Positions 14,574-21,819 of a stretch of DNA of 21,819 nucleotides are shown piece after piece (the first letter of the stretch is position 1; every line of letters begins with the position of its first letter). The stretch comes from a virus (taxonomy: Duplodnaviria > Heunggongvirae > Uroviricota > Caudoviricetes). The notes below the pieces were generated by a model. The model worked only from the letters and a program-made list of their open reading frames with translations, did not search any database and was not told the DNA's origin. The stretch is taken from the IMG/VR virus record IMGVR_UViG_3300048590_001376, one strand, 5' to 3'. A program made the position numbers and the translations under genes.

Positions 14574-15835
14574 GCTGGCTTCCTGAGTTCATAAGCCACG
14601 GCATTTGCATCTTCCTGCCGGCACTTTCCGCCAATCGCGGTGGCGTGTTCGTATTGAAAAAAATACGGATCGCCAGCTAGCTGACAGCCGCTTGGCTGAA
14701 CGATCAATCGCTGATGGTCGACCCAGGATAGCACTCGCTGTGGATCGGGCCTGGCGATCTGGTCGAAGCTCTCGCGCGATGAATGACTGGATACGATCAA
14801 TAATCGGCCGCCGGGCCTGATGCGACGGGCTAGTGCAGCGGCAATCGCTGGTATCTCGGTTTCTCCAGGCAAATTGTGCTGAATCGCCCAGGTGGCTGTC
14901 ACAACGTCGTAGTAGCCCTCGCCGATCGAATCGAGGCTGGAGGAGCAATAGGCGGTCAATTCGACACCCAGCCTGCCTGCGACGGCATGCTGCTTTCCCG
15001 GACTCGTTGAATCGCGGTCCACTGTAGAAACAGTGCACCCGCGCAGCGCCATTTGAGAAGGCATCTCTCCGTCGCGAGCCCCGAAATCAAGCACCCTGTC
15101 ACCGATCTTGATTCGCTCCAGCACCCAGCGTTGAGCGAAGTAATGCGCGGCAGTCAGCCGCTTCAAATTGAGCCGCGACCGCTCCAGCCAGGGCTGCACT
15201 AAGTCGATCGGCATCAAGTGCGGCAGCAACAGTTCCGTGATTGCCGCCAAGCGATCAAGTCTGGCGTGACCCCAGGTGCAATGCAGTGTTACCACCAGCG
15301 GGCATTGAGTGTCGCACCACAGCGGAACTTCTTCAGTCAACGGCTCGGTGTGATCATAGAGCGGCCGGAACGCCGGCAGGTGAACGACATGCCCATCTAC
15401 GGCAACTGGATAGTTTCCATGCTGGTGATGCTCGTGATCGAAACCGCCGAAGAAGTAGCCTTCGTGATCGGCGGCAGTCGCCAAGTTCCAGTCTCGCACA
15501 GTGGCGGGAGTGTACTTATTGAAGGGGGCGATATACGACCGGCATTTTGCCGCCGTGCGGAAGCGATGGATTGCATCGGCCATTTGCTGGCGAGTGACGT
15601 TCGCGCCTCGCGCATGATCGCAGCCATGGACCGATAGCTCCTCGCGGCCAGCGAGATTCTCTTGGAGCCATTTCAACTCGCGATCCCCAATGCAGCTTGG
15701 GATGGCCCCGTAATAGACCGGCAAGCCCGACAGGCCGGCAGCCTTGCGCCAGGCGGCGAAGTATTCCAGGCCGTAGTCGGGGCTGTGATCCGGGAGCCAG
15801 CCTACGTCATCGACACGCAAGATAAAGCGGGCCAT
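14570..15835 (-). CDS. Fusion: polysaccharide-deacetylase-like (NodB-type) N-domain + class I SAM methyltransferase C-domain (421 aa)
   Basis: FILRVDDV, LSVHGCDH, YIAPFN, VTLH; then GDRVLDFGARDG, YDVVTATWAIQH, IRPGGRLLI. Confidence 0.75.
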   Translation of the reverse strand: MARFILRVDDVGWLPDHSPDYGLEYFAAWRKAAGLSGLPVYYGAIPSCIGDRELKWLQENLAGREELSVHGCDHARGANVTRQQMADAIHRFRTAAKCRSYIAPFNKYTPATVRDWNLATAADHEGYFFGGFDHEHHQHGNYPVAVDGHVVHLPAFRPLYDHTEPLTEEVPLWCDTQCPLVVTLHCTWGHARLDRLAAITELLLPHLMPIDLVQPWLERSRLNLKRLTAAHYFAQRWVLERIKIGDRVLDFGARDGEMPSQMALRGCTVSTVDRDSTSPGKQHAVAGRLGVELTAYCSSSLDSIGEGYYDVVTATWAIQHNLPGETEIPAIAAALARRIRPGGRLLIVSSHSSRESFDQIARPDPQRVLSWVDHQRLIVQPSGCQLAGDPYFFQYEHATAIGGKCRQEDANAVAYELRKPA

Positions 15836-15837
15836 GC

Positions 15838-16602
15838 CTACCTCGAAACGAGTGATTGCCAGCCGATTTGATCGGCCCAGTGAATGAATTCGCTGCGCAC
15901 TTGCTTGAATAAAGGCATGCTCGACAAAGCGTCGTTGTCGGGAAGCTCCATGCCGTTGATCCAGGTCGACCGATCCAGGTTTTCAGGCAAGATGTACGTC
16001 GGCAGATTGAGGGCGCGCTGCAACCCCAGGCAAAGAGACAGGTCGTCGTGGCGAGCGACTTCGATGCGAGCCTGCTCGCCGTATGCGTCGATCAAGTCCC
16101 AGTTGAACTGAATGACGTGATGCAAGTCGCGCGTGCGGAAAAAGTGCGCGCGGCAGCCCATGTCGACCCGAATGGGCTCTCGCTGGAGCGGCACGTTACG
16201 GGCCTTGTAATGCCAGGGCGGGACACGATGACCGTGATACTCAAAGATGCGGCCGATCTGGCAGAGCGTGGAGAATTGCCCTCGCAGCTTTTTGGCGGTG
16301 TCCTGGAAAGTTTCGAGCATCCGCCAGCCGGGTGACAGGTCGTCATCCAGAAACAGGCAATACTCCGCATAACTGGCCAGCGCGGGGATAAACCGGCAGG
16401 GCGGCCCGTAGTTCGGCCGCTCGACGCGAAAGTAAGCATCGAACCGGCAAGCGTCACAGGCCGGCAGCTCGTATCCACTCTCGGCGTTGTCGATGCAAGC
16501 GACTGCGATCGGTGCCACTGACTGCCGCTTGATCGCGTACAAAATCTGCGCGATGTTTTGCGGCCTGCGCCAGTTCGTGAGGACGATCATGCAGTCACTC
16601 AT
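15838..16602 (-). CDS. GT2-like glycosyltransferase (254 aa)
   Basis: IVLTNWRRPQNI; ACIDNA; YCLFLDDDL; HDDLSLC. Confidence 0.75.
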   Translation of the reverse strand: MSDCMIVLTNWRRPQNIAQILYAIKRQSVAPIAVACIDNAESGYELPACDACRFDAYFRVERPNYGPPCRFIPALASYAEYCLFLDDDLSPGWRMLETFQDTAKKLRGQFSTLCQIGRIFEYHGHRVPPWHYKARNVPLQREPIRVDMGCRAHFFRTRDLHHVIQFNWDLIDAYGEQARIEVARHDDLSLCLGLQRALNLPTYILPENLDRSTWINGMELPDNDALSSMPLFKQVRSEFIHWADQIGWQSLVSR

Positions 16603-17234
16603 TGATTCAGCTCCTGAACGCCGTAGAACATGGCGCTGTCATCGGACGTGCGCCAGCGAGCGCCGTCCTCGACGCGCCAGACACGCTCCATCGTCTTGTA
16701 GTCCGGCGGCTGCTCGAATGGCGTAACGCAAGAGGGCTCGAACAGGCAGATGCGGTTGTTCGGTTGCGCGGCAAACGTGCCGTCATCCAGCGCGATCAGG
16801 TGATGACACTTCCAGCCAGCATTCCCAGCGGATTCAGCGGCGGGCGAACCCCAGTAGTCAACCGTAAACATGTAGACGCCGCCGATCACTTTGCGATCGG
16901 CCAGGCTGACGCGGCAGCGCATGCCAGACAGATAGGCGTACTCGACCACAGCGACATTCGCCGAGAAGCAATCCCAGAGCTGCCGGCGCCAAGGGTCATC
17001 ATGCGGCACGCTGGCCACACGGTCGCGGCGGTGCGCCAGCGCGTGAATCGGCAGTCGGCCGATATGGGCTCCGTTGTTCAATAGGACGTTGAAGCCCAGC
17101 GCTCGGCCTGGAATGGACGTGATCGAGTGACAGATGCCGGGCGCGTACTCGCCCATGCCCTTCTGGAAGTTGTAAAGGAACTCACTTCGCACCAGCACTT
17201 CGAACCGCGGGCAGTCGGCGTTTAGCTCCGGCAT
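16599..17234 (-). CDS. Hypothetical protein of a type recalled from environmental phages (211 aa)
   Basis: Motifs SIPGRALGF, RLPIHAL, QLWDCFS, YMFTVDY, KCHHLIALDDGTFAAQPNNR. Phage association is from memory and unverified. Confidence 0.65.
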   Translation of the reverse strand: MPELNADCPRFEVLVRSEFLYNFQKGMGEYAPGICHSITSIPGRALGFNVLLNNGAHIGRLPIHALAHRRDRVASVPHDDPWRRQLWDCFSANVAVVEYAYLSGMRCRVSLADRKVIGGVYMFTVDYWGSPAAESAGNAGWKCHHLIALDDGTFAAQPNNRICLFEPSCVTPFEQPPDYKTMERVWRVEDGARWRTSDDSAMFYGVQELNQ

Positions 17235-17959
17235 GTCAACGCCTCCTGTGCGGCTCGCTCCAGCTTGAATGGCGGAACGTGCTCCCAGCCGTTTCCGCGA
17301 GCGCTGATCGGCATGAAGTGCGCTCCAGTGCGGACGGCACAGAACCAGAGAAACGTGTCGTGCGAATAGATGGGCGGCGGGTGCTTGGCGGCGATCGCAG
17401 CCATGCTACGAGTCCAGTTGGTCTGCCCGAAGAACATCCAGGACGTGATTCGCTTGTGCATGACGCGATCGCCATGGCGAGCAAACCCCGGATCAACCAA
17501 CTCTTCACCCAATTTGATGCGGTTAGCCCAGGCTTCAAGCTGCTCGATGGCGTTGGCAGGCTTGGTGTATCCCCAGCGCGGCGCGATGAAAGAATAGTTC
17601 CGCTTGAACCACCAGTCGGAGTACCACTGCGACGGCTCGCGGGCGATGACATCCGTGTCGAGCTTGAGATAGTACGGAGTCTGGATGTAGTCGGCCGCCG
17701 CCACGAATGACCACAGCATCTTGGCTCGCTGGTTTGGAAACGAACCAAACCTGCGCGGCGGCCAGCTCGCAAACGTCACATGCGGATGATCGATGCCGAT
17801 GATGTCGAGCGTGCTGGGTCCACAACTTGACGTATCAAGCATGACCAGCAGCGGATGCTCCATAATCTCCGGCCGGTGCGCTCGCCACGTCGGCCAGGAC
17901 AATTGAAGTTCGCGCGCGTGTTCGGCGTCCACTGCCAGAATGAGAGTCCAGTCCTGCAT
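17222..17959 (-). CDS. GT-A fold glycosyltransferase-like protein (245 aa)
   Basis: YYLKLDTDV DxD motif; HDTFLW; GGAG RBS. Confidence 0.65.
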   Translation of the reverse strand: MQDWTLILAVDAEHARELQLSWPTWRAHRPEIMEHPLLVMLDTSSCGPSTLDIIGIDHPHVTFASWPPRRFGSFPNQRAKMLWSFVAAADYIQTPYYLKLDTDVIAREPSQWYSDWWFKRNYSFIAPRWGYTKPANAIEQLEAWANRIKLGEELVDPGFARHGDRVMHKRITSWMFFGQTNWTRSMAAIAAKHPPPIYSHDTFLWFCAVRTGAHFMPISARGNGWEHVPPFKLERAAQEALTCRS

Positions 17960-17984
17960 GGGCTCCGTGCCCCTCGATCGACTG

Positions 17985-18797
17985 CTAGTCGTTTAGTTCG
18001 TACCAGCCCCTGGCGTCCAGCAACCCTTGCTGAATACCCCCGGAAGCCGCACCGATGGCGGCGTTGTAAGAGCATGATTCAAAAACCGTCAACCCAGATT
18101 TTTGGTTGCAATTGAAAATTTTCAGCCCGGCGGAATCGAAGTGAGGTTTCAGGTCGGCCAGCATTTGGGCCATCTTTTTGTAGATGCTGTTATTGGCGTG
18201 CTCGTACCACTCGGCGTGGTGCTGGCCCAGCGCCACGTCAAATGCGTAGGGCCGGTCAGCGCGCATGGAAAAGTCGCAGCCCAACAGGTAGATCGTGCGA
18301 AAGCCCAGCACGTACAACACCTTGAGGGCCGCGAACAGTACGTCCTTACAATAGGGGTAAGTGCCCCCTCGCACGTCGTTGTGCCCCCAGTTGACCGACG
18401 CCTCCTCGATCCACACTGCCGGCCGAAAGTGATCATTGCGCGCGTAGCCAACGACCCCTGGCAGGGTGCCAGCGACGATCGGAGCGGCCGGATAAGCCGG
18501 CCCGTTTGGCGTCTGGCGGCGGATACCACAATCGAGCTGCGTTTGCGGCACGAACTTCATCGCTGCCGGATCGAGCCAGATCGCATCGTGAATCTTCCAG
18601 GCGCGATCGACGTAGATCATCGAATTGCAGCGAACCAGGGCGGGCGAATTGTTCACGCCCATGACGTAGCAGCCTCGCCGCGTTAGCAGCGAAAGATCGA
18701 GCTGTTTTGCGCTAGGTCCAGACAGCAACAAAAATGCCTGGCCATTGCGATACAGATTGGCCAGCGATAGCGGCTGGCCCTGGCCGCTTACGAACAT
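17985..18797 (-). CDS. Maf/MptE-like (DUF115-type) putative glycosyltransferase (270 aa)
   Basis: AFLLLSGPS; VMGVNNS; LYVLGFRTIYLLGCDF; IFNCN. Start set at MFVSG, coupled to the kinase gene end. Confidence 0.65.
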   Translation of the reverse strand: MFVSGQGQPLSLANLYRNGQAFLLLSGPSAKQLDLSLLTRRGCYVMGVNNSPALVRCNSMIYVDRAWKIHDAIWLDPAAMKFVPQTQLDCGIRRQTPNGPAYPAAPIVAGTLPGVVGYARNDHFRPAVWIEEASVNWGHNDVRGGTYPYCKDVLFAALKVLYVLGFRTIYLLGCDFSMRADRPYAFDVALGQHHAEWYEHANNSIYKKMAQMLADLKPHFDSAGLKIFNCNQKSGLTVFESCSYNAAIGAASGGIQQGLLDARGWYELND

Positions 18798-19729
18798 GCC
18801 ACCGTGCTCGCCCAATCCCTGATTTCATGCGGATAGATCGGCTCCGTGCCAATCCGCTCGACGCTCATTGACGCCACCACACTCGCGAACTGACATGCTT
18901 CAAAAGTTGGGACGCCGGCCGCAGTGCAACACGCCAGCGCCGCCAGATAGCAGTCACCGGCGCCGGTCGTATCGGCGACCCGTGTTGAAATCGCTGGAAT
19001 CCATACCGGCGACGCATGGCCTGTCCTCCAGAGCTGCGATCCTTGTTCCGCGTGGGTGATGATGCGAATTGGCGAGCAGGCGGATTGCCCGTAGTCCTCT
19101 GCGAAAAACAGATGACTTCCCTTCACGCAATGCGCCCCGTCGTACCGCGACCATTCGGTGCGCTTGTGCGGATCAACCAGCACCTGATTGCCGCTCTCGC
19201 AGAGTCGCCGAGCCTGCCGGTAATTCACGGCCCCTCGCCCATAATCGGCCAGAGCGATCGTCTTGACATCCATGCCTAAGACTTGATCGACGAGCTGTTC
19301 CGACAACAAGGCGGGAACCAGACCGTCCGGTTCGTAGCTGCCTTGCATCCGCACGTCGGAACCAATGACCGATCGCGTTTTGACCGGATTGCGCCAGTCT
19401 TTAGTGTAGATCAATCGCAGCGAAAGATTCTCGATGCTCTCCAGGTAGTCGACCGGCTCATGGGCAGCGGCGAAGAAGATCGAGTGAAACTCCACGCGAG
19501 CCCCCAGCGCGGCGGCGTAGCAGGCGACGTTGGCAGCCCCGCCGGGGATCGTTGCCTTGCGAATCAGATCGCAGGACACATGCTGCGCATTGCGCTTGGA
19601 TGCACGCGGATTCGCCAGATGCAGATACAGATCGACGAGCGTGTCGCCGCACACCTGAATCTGGACCCCGCGAATCGAGTCCAAGATGGCGTCCACATCA
19701 CACTTGGCCGTAATACTTGGTGTCTTCAT
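18788..19729 (-). CDS. PfkB-family sugar kinase, HldE/RfaE kinase-domain-like (313 aa)
   Basis: VCGDTLVDLY; PGGAANVA; ADYGRG; VLVDP; VADTTGAGDC. Start moved to MKTPS (19729). Confidence 0.85.
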   Translation of the reverse strand: MKTPSITAKCDVDAILDSIRGVQIQVCGDTLVDLYLHLANPRASKRNAQHVSCDLIRKATIPGGAANVACYAAALGARVEFHSIFFAAAHEPVDYLESIENLSLRLIYTKDWRNPVKTRSVIGSDVRMQGSYEPDGLVPALLSEQLVDQVLGMDVKTIALADYGRGAVNYRQARRLCESGNQVLVDPHKRTEWSRYDGAHCVKGSHLFFAEDYGQSACSPIRIITHAEQGSQLWRTGHASPVWIPAISTRVADTTGAGDCYLAALACCTAAGVPTFEACQFASVVASMSVERIGTEPIYPHEIRDWASTVACS

Positions 19730-20234
19730 TCGTCCACTCAATCGTTGGTGCTTTAGGAAGTCGCAGTGTCTCGGTGATCCATTGGCGGTATTCCGGCACT
19801 CCCAGCCGCGCGTAGGACACGATGACAAACGGCAGCCGGAGGCGAGTCACGCCAAAGAAAATCTCTTTGTATGCCCGTGTAGTGTTTTGTCGCGCGTGAT
19901 TCAGGTCGCTGACATGGCCAGCGCGAACCTGACTGCGCTCAATGGCGTATTGATCGCGGACCATGACCAGGACAGTGGTGTCCCGATAACCCCAGGCCCG
20001 CAAGTTACTGACGATCTGCATGAAATTCGGCCAATGTCCCCCATGCGGAAAAGAGCGATAAAACGCCAGGCGATCCGGCTGCGGCTCAGGTTTGACGATC
20101 GGGTAATCTGGCAGCGACCCGTCGATGGGTTGATCGATTTTCCCCCGGCCCCAACAGCCGGCATCGACCAGCATGGAAACCATGAGGCGATTGCCGCTCG
20201 ATTCAGGTCCGCAAACAAAAAACGCACGCCTCAT
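19698..20234 (-). CDS. Sulfotransferase-like P-loop protein (178 aa)
   Basis: FFVCGPESSGNRL (PAPS-binding-like loop); VLVMVRD; IVSY. Confidence 0.6.
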   Translation of the reverse strand: MRRAFFVCGPESSGNRLMVSMLVDAGCWGRGKIDQPIDGSLPDYPIVKPEPQPDRLAFYRSFPHGGHWPNFMQIVSNLRAWGYRDTTVLVMVRDQYAIERSQVRAGHVSDLNHARQNTTRAYKEIFFGVTRLRLPFVIVSYARLGVPEYRQWITETLRLPKAPTIEWTNEDTKYYGQV

Positions 20235-20623
20235 CGCAGCCTCGCGATCGTCTGACTGGTTGAATGCCCTGGCACGAGCGGCAACAGGACCAGTCGCCGA
20301 GCATGCCCTGCCCCGGTTACGTCGCGACCGGCGTAGTCACCCCCCTTGACCAATACGTCAGGTTGAATCCGCTTCACCAACTCCGACAACTCCTCTTCGG
20401 TGTCAAACACATGAACTTCGCTTACATAACGCAAAGCGGAAACGATGCAAATACGTTCGTGCTGACTGTAGATCGGCCGCCCCGACCCTTTGAGTCTTTG
20501 CACCGATTGGTCGCTGTTGATCGCCACGACAAGGTGATCGCCCAGCAGTCGGCAGCGGCGCAGGAAGTCGACGTGGCCGGCGTGCAATAGGTCAAAACAG
20601 CCATTGGTCATCACGGTGAGCAT
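20231..20623 (-). CDS. Cytidylyltransferase-superfamily nucleotidyltransferase, HldE/RfaE domain-II-like (130 aa)
   Basis: TNGCFDLLHAGH; LVVAINSDQSVQRLKG..RPI; PDVLVKGGDY; STSQTI. Confidence 0.92.
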   Translation of the reverse strand: MLTVMTNGCFDLLHAGHVDFLRRCRLLGDHLVVAINSDQSVQRLKGSGRPIYSQHERICIVSALRYVSEVHVFDTEEELSELVKRIQPDVLVKGGDYAGRDVTGAGHARRLVLLPLVPGHSTSQTIARLR

Positions 20624-21819
20624 GGTCGGTCCAAGCGAAACAGTCCGATTTCATGGTCGCGGTAGATCGTTAATTTCCAGTCTGGGAGCTTCCGGCGAAC
20701 CAGCTTGATGAACCGGTTGCGATCGTGCCATTCGCCGACGATCGTGCGGATGCGGTGCATCTGCTGACAGTGCTCGATGATCGAGAACTCGCCGCCTTCA
20801 CAATCCAACTTCAATAGGATGTCATGGCAATCGGTTTTCGACAGAATCTCATCCATGGTCACACGCGGAACAACTCTGCCAAGCTGACTGACGCGACAGC
20901 CGCCGGTGTGTTCCTTTGTCCCTAGCGAGACCTCCAAGTGGATTGGCTCAGGGTCATAGGTGCAGGCAGCCTGGATGATGCTGGCTCGCGGGCAATTGCG
21001 ATGCGCTACGGCGACGTTCTCTTCGGCAGGCTCGACGGCGATCAGCGCCGCGGACGGCCAGAGCTGCGAAGCCAGCTGCGTGAAGAAGCCGCAATGCGCC
21101 CCGATGTCGATGACGCACTGCGGGCGCCAGCCAAGCTGGCGGACGCGGTAGTCGTCCTGCTCGAAAATCTCCCGCCAGATATACAAGTCTTCGGCTTTCC
21201 ACCGACGGCGCAGCCACGATCCGTCGACGCGCACCAGCTCGCCATCGGGCGATGGCCCGCCGGCGGACAGCAGCCTCTCGGCCGTCGATGCCAGGTCGCC
21301 GCCCAGGTCGTCGTATATCCGGTATCGATAGTGGTCATCGAAGACCCGGCCGCCGAAAGTTCGGTTCTTGCGCGGTAGGAATTGAACGTGGTTTCTCGGA
21401 ACCAGGTGGGTGACGTTATCGGCAATGTTATAGCTATGTGCAGGATGATGATTGAGCCACACTCCAATGGTCGGCGTCGCCGTGGCGCCGGCGACGTGCA
21501 ACGGCCCAGAATCGACCCCGACAAACAGCGTGCAGCGACTAATAAGGGCTGCCAGGCTCGTTCCATGTTGTGGCTGATGGTAATTGCCGGCACTTAGGCT
21601 GACAGCGCCATGCAACTCGGCATTTCCGTCGAAATTGACGACGACGGGCGTGTAGCCCATGTCGCGGACTTTCTGCGTCAACTGTCCCCATGTAGATCCG
21701 GGCGGATTCTTGGCGGTCGGAAAGCTGCGGCCCCGCTGATGAATCAGCACCACATTTCCATATGGAGCCAGCCATCGATCGGCATACTCGACCTCTTGGT
21801 CACTGGGCGACAACTGCCC
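20611..21819 (-). CDS. 5'-truncated fusion: GT9 (heptosyltransferase-like) domain + FkbM-family methyltransferase
   Basis: LISRCTLFVGVDSGPLHVAGATATPTIGVW (GT9); VIDIGAHCGFF, AVEP, LLKLDCEGGEF (FkbM). Frame is open to the window edge (GGG CAG TTG), so the true start is probably outside. Confidence 0.85.
   Translation of the reverse strand, partial: GQLSPSDQEVEYADRWLAPYGNVVLIHQRGRSFPTAKNPPGSTWGQLTQKVRDMGYTPVVVNFDGNAELHGAVSLSAGNYHQPQHGTSLAALISRCTLFVGVDSGPLHVAGATATPTIGVWLNHHPAHSYNIADNVTHLVPRNHVQFLPRKNRTFGGRVFDDHYRYRIYDDLGGDLASTAERLLSAGGPSPDGELVRVDGSWLRRRWKAEDLYIWREIFEQDDYRVRQLGWRPQCVIDIGAHCGFFTQLASQLWPSAALIAVEPAEENVAVAHRNCPRASIIQAACTYDPEPIHLEVSLGTKEHTGGCRVSQLGRVVPRVTMDEILSKTDCHDILLKLDCEGGEFSIIEHCQQMHRIRTIVGEWHDRNRFIKLVRRKLPDWKLTIYRDHEIGLFRLDRPCSP

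Larger units (their letters stand above)
6140..21819. mobile_element. Prophage-like / tRNA-integrated element, one end only (continues beyond the window)
   Basis: att-like tRNA fragment, tyrosine recombinase ~730 bp away, HNH endonuclease, phage-type hypothetical and a long coupled operon. No structural phage genes are in the window. Confidence 0.6.

Noticed and set aside
25-21775. Numerous alternative-frame and antisense ORFs in the track (e.g. 353-1186, 3360-3872, 6217-6738, 7028-7702, 8313-8615)
   Set aside because: They overlap better-supported genes, lack recognisable motifs, and are expected shadows in GC-rich DNA.
1-21819. CRISPR or TIGR-like tandem array
   Set aside because: No regularly spaced repeats seen; the motif at 3775/4003 has only two copies ~225 bp apart.

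Overview
The window appears to join two mobile elements at a displaced tRNA 3' end (27 bp, 6140-6166, minus strand). LEFT (1-~6166, + strand): a compact cassette encoding a ParB-like protein, a catalytically degenerate SF2-helicase-like protein translationally coupled (ATGA) to a group-II-like reverse transcriptase whose YxDD motif reads YVDN, a ~500-nt hairpin-rich non-coding stretch containing a duplicated tripartite motif, a short ORF and a large serine recombinase. The recombinase 3' end runs through an 18-bp-stem terminator into the tRNA fragment. This cassette is the best candidate for an undescribed system. RIGHT (6140-21819, open-ended): a prophage-like element with a PAS-LuxR regulator divergent from a tyrosine recombinase, a secreted OB-fold-like moron and the distal ~13.5 kb of one tightly coupled minus-strand operon. 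That operon has about 8-9 glycosyltransferase-like genes, three methyltransferase domains, a sulfotransferase-like protein, a split HldE-like kinase/nucleotidyltransferase pair, a PRTase-HAD fusion, an HNH homing-type endonuclease and a phage-type hypothetical, with no obvious membrane or export genes. All family calls come from motif recognition by eye; no database searches or folding programs were run. A Planctomycete-like host is only a guess.
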